Source: Macrostomum lignano
Taxonomy: Eukaryota
Assembly: GCA_002269645.1 (NCBI GenBank)
Contig: NIVC01000025.1
Coordinates: 186,001-250,000 of the forward strand
DNA length: 64,000 bases
Reading direction: 5' to 3'
How positions within the stretch are numbered: position 1 is the stretch's first letter; each line of letters begins with the position of its first letter. Positions 21,811 to 35,789 of this stretch are shown piece by piece. The position numbers were made by a program, and so were the translations under genes. The notes under the pieces were generated by a model. That model did not search any database. It was not told where the DNA came from and worked only from the letters and a program-made list of their open reading frames with translations.

Positions 21811-24438
21811 CTAGTTGTGGGACGATGAGCCAGTAAGTAGTATAGGAAAAAATGCGAGCGAAGCGAGAATTTTTTTCTATGCTGCTTACTTTTGCGAAAT
21901 CGTCCCTGATAAGATGTAGCAACGGTGTCACATAGGAAAATGACGTTTTTCAACTTTTAAACGCTGCCAATAAAAAACGGTACGACCGTTTTACAAACGG
22001 TTTTTGCCAAAATGCGTCAAAGACCTAGGGCTAACAGATCCGCAGTGTTTGGTTGTCATGGCGACGCGTTTTGGTTGCCATGGCAACCAAAAACTGCGTT
22101 TTTTCGACTTTGTCAAAAACTTTGATCTCAAAAAATAAGGATTGAGAATATGGCAGCGCTTAGCGAGTGGGCTCAGTAAACGCGGGCATTCGAACGCTAC
22201 AATGATCAGAAATGGATTTTTTTATTGTACTTTAACGTCTAGGCTAAAAGTACAAAAAACGTGTTTTTTGAGGTCGAAAAATTGGCATTTTTTTCAACTT
22301 TGCCTCACCGCAGCGAAAAGGACGCGCTTTCGCGCGGCCTTTGAGCTGCCTCCTAGCCTTAAAAACACTTAAGGCTGTCTGATGCGCTGTAGTTTTTTTG
22401 GCTAAAATGTACTTTTCACATGGCTGCCTATCTGCACTTTAAAAGTACAAATTTTTAGTGCACTTTTTAGAGGCCTATGGCGTCGAGATGGAAAACTTTA
22501 TTTTTTAATATTTCTACACCAAATTACTCAAATGGATGTCTTCTATTCGGAAACATTGAGATTTGGCCGATTGGGCCATCAATAACCTGCCCAGGTGCCA
22601 AAGAGTGCCTAAAAACGACATTTTCGAAAAATTGGGTCACGTTTTTAAAAAGTAGTCCCAAAAAATAAGAAAGTGTTTTATGCTACGGTGTTGAGACTTT
22701 AACACAACGTGTCAAACATTTGGAAATTTGTTTTCCCAAATTTTCTAAGCATTTGGACCTACCTGTGCTGAGCAGTGACCCGGAAACCAGGGAAAAAAGA
22801 GGCCGGGGGCTCTGCAGAAAATCAAACGTTGTTAAGGAAATTTTTTTAAAATGGGGCGAATTTTTTCGAGTGTAGTGTCAAATTGTAGCCCATCGGATGC
22901 CCTTTTGAATGACATAAGACACTCCTGAAAAAACCCCTGTTAACAGGTACTTTTTACCTGTTAAGTGAAAAACGGCCCATTTGGGGGTACAAACTTTGGA
23001 GTGAAAAAATAAGAAATTTTGCGCACCGATTTTTCTGCATTTTCAATATTGTTTAGTCGAATAGCTAAAGTTTCACCGGTCATACGCCAATATGGCTGGA
23101 AAATTCGTATTTTTGAGCAAACTGCATCTGATTATTAAAAATGCAATTTTTCGGCCAATTTTTTGTACATGTTTTTCAACCTTGCCCGTACTGCAGCGAA
23201 AAGGACGCGCAATAGCGCGGCTTTTGAGCTGCTGCCTAATGTCAACAACACCTGGGGCTTTTAGATGCGCTATAATTTTTTGGGCTAAAATGTACTTTTG
23301 ACATGGCTGCCTATCTGCACTTTAAAAGTACAAACCGTTTGTGCACTTTAAAGAGGCTTATCCTATACAGATGCAAATCTTGATTTTTTCAATTTTTCAA
23401 CCCAAATCACTCAAATGGATGTCTTTTATTCGGAAATGCTGAGATCTGCTTGATTGGGCCATTCATTGCTGCTCTATATGGCTACAAGGGTCAAAAACAG
23501 TGTTTTTGAAAATTTGGGTCACGTTTTCAAAAAGTAGTCTCCAAAAATAAGAAAGTGTTTTAAGCTACGGTGTTGAGACTTTAACACAACGTGTCAAACA
23601 TATGGAAATTCGTTTTCCTAAATTTTCTAAGCATTTGGACCTACCGGTGCGGAGCAGTGACCCGGAAACCGGGGAAAAAAGAGGCCGGGGGACTCGACCA
23701 AAAAAACATATGTTGTTAAAGAAAAATTTTTATTACTGGGCGAATTTTTTCGAGTGTAGTGTCAAATTGTAGCCCATCGGATGCCCGTTCGAATGGCGCA
23801 AGACACTCTGGAAAAAATACCTGTTAACAGGTACTTTTTACCTGTTAAGTGAAAAACGGCCCATTTGGGGTACAAACTTTGAAGTTGAAAAATAAGAAAT
23901 TTTGCGCACCGATTTTTCTGCATTTTCAATATTGTTTAGTCGAATAGCTGAAGTTTCACCGGTCATACGCCAATATGGCTGGAAAATTCGTATTTTTGAG
24001 AAAATTGGCTCCGAATTTTGAGTAGGCCATTTTTGGGCAAATTTTGAGCATACTTTTGCTAATAACTCTGCATTGGCGAGACCTAGAGACTCAAGTTTGG
24101 TGTCTAAAAACAGCATTATGGATGCACTATGCAACTAAATAAGTTTTGAAAACTGATTCTTAGGTTAACAGGTCTTAATACCTGTTTGAATACCTGTCAG
24201 AACAGGTAAAAATTCATAATTTGGCGCCTAGCAGCCGAAAAAATTTGTTGACATAGTTTGAAAATGCATTGGATGAATGCGCCTTGATGTTATCTCTGTA
24301 ACGACATGCGACTCGTATTTTTAGGTTAAGGCGTTGCGATGCAGCGAGCAGAAATGTATGAAAAAGCAGCAAAAATCGTATAAGTGGCTACCATACATAC
24401 GGAATATTCGATATAAAGCGCGTGCACTGTAGAGCTTT

Positions 24439-24528
24439 GCTTAAGTGAGAGATGGATCGTGGCCGAAGGCAGTTGCTTTGTAAACTGCATGTACCCGGGT
24501 TCGAATCCCAAGTGAGCCAGGTTTTTTT
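24439..24528 (+). other. tRNA-derived (A-box/B-box) module in Helentron copy 1
   Basis: TGGCCGAAGG 24460, GGGTTCGAATCCC 24497, GCAGTT/AACTGC stem, T7 run 24522. A diverged counterpart lies at 27620-27710. Confidence 0.5.
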
Positions 24529-24789
24529 ATATTTAATTTTTTTAGCAGGAACGGATTTATTAGTATTTTCAATTCTCTTTCACTTGAATATAATTTAATA
24601 TTAATTGTTTAATTTTCCTTTCCTTGTATACCTTATTAAAGAGTAAGAGTGAAGCTGAAAGTGCGGCACAGATGATTTGTTAGTGCAGAAAGAGTATTAC
24701 GATACATATCGGCAAGTATGTGTTGCGTGGTCGCAAGAAGGCTTACAAGCAGTTTTAGCGTGCTAAAAAGATGTGTTAGAGGTGGGAAA

Positions 24790-25320
24790 ATTTGCGGAGG
24801 GGTTAGGTGGGGGAGCGGGGGTGTGGGGGCGGCAGCCCCCACAATACGCAAACCCCACAACAACAACCACCCTCCCCAACAACAACGCGCGGGAGGGGTG
24901 GGGGAGCGGGGGTGTGGGGGCGGCAGCCCCCACGTTACGCAAACCCCACAACAACAACCACCCTCCCCAACAACAACGCGCGGAGGGGTGGGGGAGCGGG
25001 GGTGTGGGGGCGGCAGCCCCCACGTTACGCAAACCCCACAACAACAACCACCCTCCCCAACAACAACGCGCGGAGGGGTGGGGGAGCGGGGGTGTGGGGG
25101 CGGCAGCCCCCACGTTACGCAAACCCCACAACAACAACCACCCTCCCCAACAACAACGCGCGGGAGGGGTGGGGGAGCGGGGGTGTGGGGGCGGCAGCCC
25201 CCACGTTACGCAAACCCCCAACAACAACCACCCCCCCAACAACAACAACAACAACCCCAACAACAACAAAAACCCCAACAACAACAACCCCTTTTACAAC
25301 CAACAAACAACAACAACCGC
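24790..25320. repeat. 90-bp GC-hairpin minisatellite in Helentron copy 1
   Basis: About 5 units, each with GTGGGGGC-GGCA-GCCCCCAC, ending in (CAA)n. Confidence 0.9.
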
Positions 25321-25882
25321 CTTAACAACCCTTTCTACACAACAGCAGAGTGGATATTCTTGTAATCTAATAAAATATTTTTTATTATTATATTTCCACA
25401 GTTATGTATAAACTTTGTTTAAATCAAATTGAAAATGTAGCCCATTAAGCTATTTAGTTCTTCATACGTCATAGCCGTAAAATATAAAAACACGATATAG
25501 CGTTTTAATTAGTTCTTAATTTGGGTTAAATAAATAGGTCATAGCCATAAACAATAATGGACATAATAAACCATCATAAGTGTTTTTATTAATTTTTTTA
25601 AATAGTTATGCTTAAACTTTGTTTAAATTAAATTATAATCAACTAAGCTTCTTAGTTTTTTTTAAAATTTATATTAAGCCATAAACAATAATGGACATAA
25701 TAAACCATCATAAGTATTTTTATTAATTTTTTAAACAGTTATGCTTAAACTTTGTTTAAATTAAATTATAATCAACTAAGCTTCTTAGTTTTTTTTTAAA
25801 TTTAAAATTAGGCCATAAAAGTTACAAACAATATATAAACCATCGTCCCACCTTTGAAGACGACAGCGTCTTCATTCACTAG

Positions 25883-28800
25883 TTGTGGGACGATGGAGCC
25901 AGTAAGTAGTATAGAAAAAAAGGCGAGCGAAGCGAGAATTTTTTTCTATACTGCTTACTTTTGCGAAATCGTCCCTGATAAGATGTGGGCCATATGTCAT
26001 ACACTAAAATGACATTTTTCAACTTTTAAACGCTGCCAATAAAAAACGGTACGACCAATTTACAAACGGTTTTTGCCAAAATGCGTCAAAGACTTGGGGC
26101 TACCAGAGCCGCAGTGTTTGGTTGCCATAGCGACGCGTTTTGGTTGCCATGGCAACCAAAAACTGCGTTTTTTCAACTTTTTCAAAAACTTTGATCTTAA
26201 TTACAGCGGCAGGAAATTATGGCAGCGCTTAGCGAGTGGGCTCAGTAAGCGCGGGCATTCAAACGCTACAATGATCCGAAATGGATTTTTTGATTGTACT
26301 TTAACGTCTAGGCTAAAAGTACAAAAAACGTGTTTTTTGAGGTCGAAAATTTGGCATTTTTTTCAACTTTGCCTTACCGCAGCGAAAAGGACGCGCGATA
26401 GCGCGGCCTTTGAGCTGCCTCATAGCGTCAATAACACCTGGGGCTGTTTGATGCGCTATAGTTTTTAGGGCTAAAATGTACTTTTCACATGGCTGCCTAT
26501 CTGCTGTTTAAAAGTACAAATTTTTAGTGCACTTTTGTGAGGCCTATGGCGTCGAGATGGAAAACTTTATTTTTGCTGTTTTGCATACCAAATAACTCAA
26601 ATAGATGTCTTTTAATCGGAAACATCGAGATTTGGCCGATTGGGCCATCAATAACCTGCCCAGGTGCCAAAGAGTGCCTAAAAACGACATTTTCGAAAAA
26701 TTGGGTCACGTTTTTTAAAAGTAGTCCCAAAAAATAAGAAAGTGTTTTATGCTACGGTGTTGAGACTTTAACACAACGTGTCAAACATATAAAAATTTGT
26801 TTTCCTGAATTTTCTAAGCATTTGGACCTACCTGTGCGGAGCAGTGACCCAGAAACCGGGGAAAAAAGAGGCCGGGGGCTCTGCAGAAAATCAGACGTTG
26901 TTAAGAAAAATTTTTTAAAATGGGGCGAATTTTTTCGAGTGTAGTGTCAAATTGTTGCCCATCGGATGCCCTTTTGAATGACATAAGACACTCCTGAAAA
27001 AACCCCTGTTAACAGGTACTTTTTACCTGTTAAGTGAAAAACGGCCCATTTGGGGGTACAAACTTTGGAGTGAAAAAATAAGAAATTTTGCGCACCGATT
27101 TTTCTGCATTTTCAATATTGTTTAGTCGAATAGCTAAAGTTTCACCGGTCATACGCCAATATGGCTGGAAAATTCGTATTTTTGAGAAAATTGGCTCCGA
27201 ATTTTGAGTAGGCCATTTTCGGGCAAATTTTGAGCATACTTTTGCTAATAACTCTGCATTGGCGAGACCTAGAGACTCAAGTTTGGTGTCTAAAAACAGC
27301 ACTATGGATGCATTATGCAGCTAAATCAGTTTTGAAAACTGATTCTTAGGTTAACAGGTCTTAATACCTGTTTGATTACCTGTCAGAACAGGTGAAAATT
27401 AATATTTTGGCGCCTAGCAGCCGAAAAATTTGTTGACATAATTTGAAAATGCATTGGATGAATGCGCCTTGATGTTATCTCTGTAACGACATGCGACTCG
27501 TATTTTTAGGTAGAAGCGTTGCGATGCAACGAGCAGAAATGTATGAAAAAGCAGCAAAAATGGTAGAAATGGCTGTTATTAGCGATATTCGATATAAAAT
27601 ACGTGTACTATAGGCCAACTTAGTAAGCAATTTGTGGCTCAGTGGCAGAGTTAGTTTCCATATAATTGAGTCCTGCAGGGTTTGATTCCCAAGAGATCCG
27701 AAAAATTTTTAGTTTAAAGTTCTTTTAGAGCAAACAGATTTTTAGTATTTTTATTTCTCTAACTATTATGTTTTTTATACAATTAAATTACATTTATTTA
27801 AATTTATTTTTCTTTTTATACGTATTTAAAGAGTAACAGAGAATCTTTTAGTGCGGCACATATGATTGTTAGTGCAAAAAGTATATTACGATACATGTCG
27901 GCAAGCAAGTATTTGATGTCTGGTCGTTTGAAGGCTAGAATATAGTTGTAACATATTACAAAGACGTGTTTAGATGTGGGAAAAGTTCTCGAGGGGTGGT
28001 GGAGCGGTGGGGGAGCCAGCCCCCCTTTACCACTAGACTAACTAATGCCAGGGGCGTGGGGGCGGCCAGCCCCCCACTATACCACTTAGACTAACTAATG
28101 CCAGGGGCGTGGGGGCGGCCAGCCCCCCACTATACCACTAGACTAACTAATGCCAGGGGCGTGGGGGGCGGCCAGCCCCCACTATACCACTTAGACTAAC
28201 TAATGCCAGGGGCGTGGGGGCGGCTAGCCCCCACTATACCACTAAACCACTAGACTAACTAATGCCAGGGGCGTGGGGGCGGCCAGCCCCCACTATACCA
28301 CAAGACTAACTAATGCCAGGGGCGTGGGGGGCGGCCAGCCCCCCACTATACCACTAGACTAACTAATGCCAGGGGCGTGGGGGCGGCCAGCCCCCACTAT
28401 ACCACTATACCACTAGACTAACTAATGCCAGGGGCGTGGGGGCGGCTAGCCCCCACTATACCACTAGACTAACTAATGCCAGGGGCGTGGGGGGCGGCCA
28501 GCCCCCCACTATACCACTAGACTAACTAATGCCAGGGGCGTGGGGGCGGCCAGCCCCTCACTATACCACTAGACTAACTAATGCCAGGGGCGTGGGGGGC
28601 GGCCAGCCCCCCACTATACCACTAGACTAACTAATGCCAGGGGCGTGGGGGCGGCTAGCCCCCCACTATACCACTAGACTAACTAATGCCAGGGGCGTGG
28701 GGGGCGGCTAGCCCCCCACTATACCACTAGACTAACTAATGCCAGGGCGTGGGGGCGGCCAGCCCCCACTGTACCACTAGACTAACTAATGCCAGGGGCG

Positions 28801-29027
28801 TGGGGGCGGCCAGCCCCCACTATACCACTAGACTAACTAATGCCAGGGGCGTGGGGGGCGGCCAGCCCCCCACTATACCACTAGACTAACTAATGCCAGG
28901 GGCATTGGGGGGGGCTTTTTCAGCTCCTAATTTTGGTTAAATAAATAGCTGTCATAGCCATAAAAGTTACAAACAATATATAAACCATCGTCCCACCTTT
29001 GAAGACGACAGCGTCTTCATTCACTAG
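25883..29027 (+). mobile_element. Non-autonomous Helentron/HINE-like element, copy 2 (3145 bp), head-to-tail with copy 1
   Basis: Same termini (IR 25885 and 28985, hairpin 29001-29018, CTAG 29024-29027). Body highly similar to copy 1 but without the internal duplication. Confidence 0.75.
28015..28912. repeat. ~52-bp GC-hairpin+CTAG minisatellite in Helentron copy 2
   Basis: About 17 units of GTGGGGGC-GGCCA-GCCCCCAC-TATACCA-CTAG-ACTAACTAATGCCAGGGGC. Confidence 0.92.
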
Positions 29028-30149
29028 TTTGCAAGCGGCAGTCGCCATAAACATTTGACGATTGATTGGTAATTATAAATTCGCGGTTATTCATAAGGGG
29101 GGTTTGAATATTTAAATTAAAAATCATTTATTCGTAGATTGTCCGTGACTTAACTTTAATTAGTCCTTCAGTGCTTGCTGTTACTCGTACTTAATCGTAC
29201 CTTGTTTTTTCTACAGTAGACAGAATCCAATTCCGTGTAAGATACTACTTTAAAAGTAGATATTGCTGTTTTGTTTTGCGTTGTGGTTTTTATCATTTAG
29301 TCGACTCATTCACACTTGGTTCAGGTGTAAAACTATTTTGTCATATTGTCAGAATTATATTTTTTGTCTTAACAAGAACATTGAATAAATTTTACGATTT
29401 TGAAATAAAATGTAAAGGTTTACCTTATGTATGCGAGAAAACATTCATAAAAATAGATAATTTCTATGGTTATTGAAAGAAGTTTCATCACTTTGTTTGC
29501 CGCCCTACTTTAAGTAGCGCTGCGGCGCATGTTTGGCAGCCGCTATTGGTGGAAATCTCGTCAGCGCGTCGTGCACGTCAACCGCCTCTTTAGCCATGTC
29601 GGTCACGGTTTTGTCGTATTGTTGGGCTTTGACCTCCGTCCAGGCGCGGACCTCCTTGTTTTTGCTGAGCACGGCCAGCTCAGACGGGTAGGGTCGCAGC
29701 TGTGTGCGGGGACAATCAAGGTGTTAAGATGTTAGGGGAATTCTTTCCCTTAAACCCTTACATGTAACATGGAAGTCCTTCACGTGTTTGTAAAAATAAG
29801 CACATTTAGCTTCACTCAAAAGCCATTGACTGGCGACCTAATGTAATATTGACTTATTATGTGCGGTGGTGTGGGTGTGGTATCAAGGGTATTATCAGAC
29901 GGACCGTCTCTCAGACCCCGCTTTTCTTTCCCCCTTCCCCTTTCCTTAGGCAGGCACTATTGCTATCGGCTGGTGAGCGGTGATTCCTTACTGACTGTGG
30001 CGTGGGTATATCAGTGTTATCGATTTTCTGATCCGGTTCTCAGACCACCGTTTTTCCTCCCCCTTCCCCTTTATTGCTATTGGCTGGCTATTTTGCTTAC
30101 CAACTTCGTGGCATGGCTGTATGTTATCGTTTATCTGGCCCGGCCGGCC

Positions 30150-30810
30150 GTCAGACTCACTTTTCCTAACCCATTCCTGCCGCTCTTTAATGCTATTGGC
30201 TGGTGATTCTTTATTGACTTAATGGCGTGGGTTATCAGTGTTATCTTAGACCCCCACTTTTCCTACCCCATTCCTGCCGCTCTTTAATGCTGGCGATTGG
30301 CTGGCGATTCTTTATTGACTTTATGGCGTGGGTTATCAGTGGGTTATTAGACCCCACTTTTCCTACCCCATTCCTGCCGCTCTTTAATGCTAACGATTGG
30401 CTGGCGATTCTTTATTGACTTTATGGCGTGGGTTATCAGTGTTATCTTAGACCCCCACTTTTCCTACCCCATTCCTGCCGCTCTTTAATGCTTATTGGCT
30501 GGCGATTCTTTATTTACTTTATGGCGTGGGTTATCAGTGTTATCTTAGACCCCACTTTTCCTACCCCATTCCTGCCGCTCTTTAATGCTATTGGCTGGCG
30601 ATTCTTTACTGACTTTATGGCGTGGGTTATCAGTGTTATCTTAGACCCCACTTTTCCTACCCCATTCCTGCCGCTCTTTAATGCTATTGGCTGGCGATTC
30701 TTTACTGACTTTATGGCGTGGGTTATCAGTGTTATCTTAGACCCCCACTTTTCCTACCCCATTCCTGCCGCTCTTTAATGCTATTGGCTGGCGATTCTTT
30801 ACTGACTGTG
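30150..30810. repeat. ~96-bp tandem repeat (about 6-7 units)
   Basis: ATTGGCTGGCGATTCTTTACTGACTTTATGGCGTGGGTTATCAGTG... units. Confidence 0.9.
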
Positions 30811-32427
30811 GTTTGGGTATACATGTACATGTATCAGTGTTATCGATTTTCTTCTTTACTGACTTTCTTTTCTTTTTGGCTAACTCTGAACCTTAACCCC
30901 CTTTTCCTCCCAAAACAAAAGCCATCGATTACTCACCGTATTACCCACATTGAACAGCGTGATCTCGTTGGCATTGTCAAAGTACAGCTCGCGCCTAATA
31001 CATAACAGTTCGCAGCCTTTGCTAATTAGCTTTAATGCCGGTTGATTCTCGAAAAAGTGATAGGTAAAGCCCTGTTGGAAGAGATATTAACAACTTATTT
31101 AAGTTCGTATCACTCGTACGTCGTACCACTGAGACGGCACTTGTATTAAAAGGAAATAGCGAGAATGAAGAGTTTAGAAAAAAAGAGTCATTACTAAAAA
31201 CCACGACCCAATTAAAGCTTAGATTTCGCGCTTACAAACAGCATTCCTCTCTCGAGCACCTGTACTGGTAGGTATTCGAATAGTGACTCCTCTTCGAATT
31301 CGCCCAATAGTAGCTTCGTTTCTACCTTAAATTTCGAATAGTTCGATACAGATTAGTGATGTAATTGCTCATAATTTCAAGTAAAGCTTTCACACAGTCC
31401 AACACAATGTCAATTCACATGCCTGTTCGTAGAATTCTCTATTCAAATCGGTTGCCAGGGTCCGTCTGCCGAGCACGGCATCCCTGCCGCTGACGTAGGT
31501 GATCTTTTGGTTCTGGCTGGCACCAGCGGCTTTTATTCCTGCATCTGAAATTATAGTTGGTGCACAGACACACGTTGGCCCTAGTGAATACACAATCCGG
31601 GGATTATCGAGATTGGGATATCCTGGACTTTGCCTACTACTTTGCATACAATGTACATGTACTTTTCCCGTTTACCTGCTTGACTCTGCTGCTGATTTTC
31701 CGTTTGGTCTCTCGCCACTACTTCTGCCTGTTCGTCTGTCGGCTGATCGCTAGGTGCCCTCAGGTAGGCTTTCTGCATCAGGATGCATGGGTTGGCTGGT
31801 ATTAGAGCCTTATTCATGCTTGCTTGTTAATGACAGTCAATAGTGGTTATATATAAGTTAAACAATTTAAGTTAAGCAGGCAGGCTGAGTTTCACCGTGT
31901 GGTGTTTTTTAGTTTGAGGCAGGAACACTGAGATCCCTGGCGCATGCACTTTAAGCAACATTGTCGCACAACCGGCGAGAGGCATTGCTGCCCATTCCAC
32001 CGACTTCTCTGAGCAGGCACACAAGCGCGCGGATACGTACGCAGTCATACGCACAGGCACACACTCACACAGGAGTGTACAGCGGCCCTAACTTTATTTA
32101 TGATTAGGCAAGTACACTTCACTGCGCCTTGGGGGTTGGCCTTCAAGGGCGTTAATTGCACGAGCAGAGCCAAGCCGAGATTCCAATTCAGCCCCAAATT
32201 ACTGTGACTGCACTTGGGAATCGAGCCCGGGCCGCTGGCATATTAAAGTGATTGTATTTTGCACTTTTTAAATAAATCTCTATCCATGCACAAATCCTGT
32301 ATATTAAATTTCAGTAGCTAGTGAAGCTTGTGTTTTTATATTAAAAACACAATATTTTACTTGAAATAAAAGGATACATGTTATTATAAAGCATTTACAG
32401 CGAGTTCCAGTTGAGAAAATCAAGTTT

Positions 32428-32428
32428 G

Positions 32429-32488
<60 letters not shown>

Positions 32489-32489
32489 T

Positions 32490-32523
<34 letters not shown>

Positions 32524-32553
32524 GCTAACTAACTAACTAACTAACTAACTAAA

Positions 32554-32584
<31 letters not shown>

Positions 32585-32585
32585 A

Positions 32586-32640
<55 letters not shown>

Positions 32641-32704
32641 ATAACTAACTAACTAACTAACTAAATAACTAACTAACTAACTAACTAACTAAATAACTCA
32701 CTAT

Positions 32705-32738
<34 letters not shown>

Positions 32739-32776
32739 TACTCACTATATAACTAACTAACTAACTAACTAACTAA
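32428..32776. repeat. (CTAA)n microsatellite
   Basis: Direct reading. Confidence 0.95.
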
Positions 32777-33516
32777 ACTGACTGTGTTGCCTTCCCAGAT
32801 CCTCAGTTGCTGGGCCACCCACCACCCTCCCATGCTCATTCTAAGGTTTGTTTTCCGCACTCCCAGAGCACCACTGCATGGCAATATAGGGGAAGCCCAT
32901 GCAGCCACAGCTCTGCACCATACAAGAGCGCTGATGAGGCGCCTCTAGCTTACTGATACACTCACTAGTATAGTAGAGCGTAGAGAAATGAACTGCCATG
33001 AGACAGAAACAATAAATTGGTAGTAATCCCCAATAAGCTGCGCTCATAAAAGATGAAATTTTTCCAATGGGATGTCTGCCCCACAATGGAATAAGCAGCC
33101 TGTCATTGCCACTATTACAATAGAAATTGAACTGCCCGCTAGCCTCAGGAAACCAAAATCATCATTTTCGTTGTGTAGGCAATACGATTGGTAACAATTT
33201 CGTAAGTTCGCCGATATTTTTGTTCGATTTTTATTGTGTATTTTATCTTCTATAGCCAAGGTAGGTAAGCTTTTTTTAACTTAAACGCCAGACGGATAGA
33301 GAAAACGAGGAGAGAGAAGATAGGAGAGGGGAGAGAGAAGATGAGGGAGAAGAGAGCTACATGGGTCAGTATGCCAGGTGTATCAGTGGGACCAATGCTC
33401 ACTTATGATTGTGCGAAATTTTTCCTTACGTTAGAACTTGGATTGTTAAATCGTAGTTTCAAGCTCGGCAGGATGATTCTGCAAGAATTCTACTGCCAAA
33501 TAATTCCCAGATCTTA

Positions 33517-34695
<1,179 letters not shown>

Positions 34696-35446
34696 GATAG
34701 GAGTGAACTTTTGTAAATAAAATTGGTCACTTATCTTAGATAACGACACTACGCACTGAGAAAATGCAGAATGCAATACGTTTCTAGTTTTTTATTATCT
34801 TATATCTGATGTGCTGTTATCTGATTGGCCAGGAAAAAGGGGGGTCGGATTGATGTGCAGACCTCTGATTGGCCAGGAAAAGGGGGGGTCGGATTGCTGT
34901 GCGGTCATCTGATTGACTTTCAGATGAAGGCCGATATTGGCATTGGCATTCTTTTTACTAATTTTATGTCTTGAATAACGACGTAAACTTCAAGTGCGGA
35001 TTAAACGTTTCCTTTTTATACGAAGGCTGCAAAAAATTAAAAGATTTTGTCTGTGGAAATTTTTTGATATCTTTTATTACTAATAGTACTGTTCCACATC
35101 GATAAAAGCGATTCTTTCGAGTTTTTTAATATCCAGCAATCCATTATTCGGCAACATGCAGCCTTTTGTTTTTAACTGCACCTCACGCCGGTAAAGGTAT
35201 TGTTTTTCCTAGCAATTGTCAGGTGGAAATATAAAATACACCAAGCAACCTCTGAGCTGCTTTCTGATACTTTTTCTGACATTCGCTATCTGTTGTTTCT
35301 TTCCGACTGCAACTGTAACCGAGGAAAGTTTATTTTAAAATTCAAAACCGGAGAATTTCGAATAAAATCGCAAATGGAAATCCGCCTATTTTATAAAAGA
35401 AATTTTCCATTTTGTCAAAGTTTATCTAAAAATGCTAAATGCTAAA

Positions 35447-35472
35447 AGACAGACACAGACAGACAGACACTA

Positions 35473-35505
<33 letters not shown>

Positions 35506-35526
35506 GGCAGACACCAAGACAGAAAC

Positions 35527-35613
<87 letters not shown>

Positions 35614-35639
35614 GTCAGACAGACAGACAGACAGACAGG

Positions 35640-35697
<58 letters not shown>

Positions 35698-35699
35698 GG

Positions 35700-35749
<50 letters not shown>

Positions 35750-35773
35750 GGTAGACAGACAGACAGACAGACA
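35447..35773. repeat. (CAGA)n microsatellite
   Basis: Direct reading. Confidence 0.95.
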
Positions 35774-35789
35774 AGAATAAATAATTAAC

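Larger units (their letters stand above)
21815..25882 (+). mobile_element. Non-autonomous Helentron/HINE-like element, copy 1 (4068 bp)
   Basis: 5' TT plus subterminal IR GTGGGACGATG (21817) and 5' hairpin. 3' IR CATCGTCCCAC (25841), hairpin GAAGACG-ACAG-CGTCTTC (25856-25873), then CTAG. Internal ~0.88-kb tandem duplication (about 22300-23990). No coding capacity. Confidence 0.75.

Noticed and set aside
22142-27302. Paired small ORFs repeated at 22142/26073, 22477/26537 and 23838/27030
   Set aside because: By-products of the duplicated non-autonomous element. No Rep or helicase motifs, and starts/stops differ between copies.
24439-27710. Functional tRNA genes
   Set aside because: A/B boxes are present, but the D-arm and anticodon loop are irregular and they sit inside transposon copies. 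Kept only as tRNA-derived modules.
21544-28912. CRISPR-like appearance of the 52-bp, 90-bp and hairpin arrays
   Set aside because: Units repeat entirely with no unique spacers, there are no cas genes, and the context is eukaryotic.
32428-32776. Interstitial telomere
   Set aside because: The unit is TTAG/CTAA, not TTAGGG or TTAGG.
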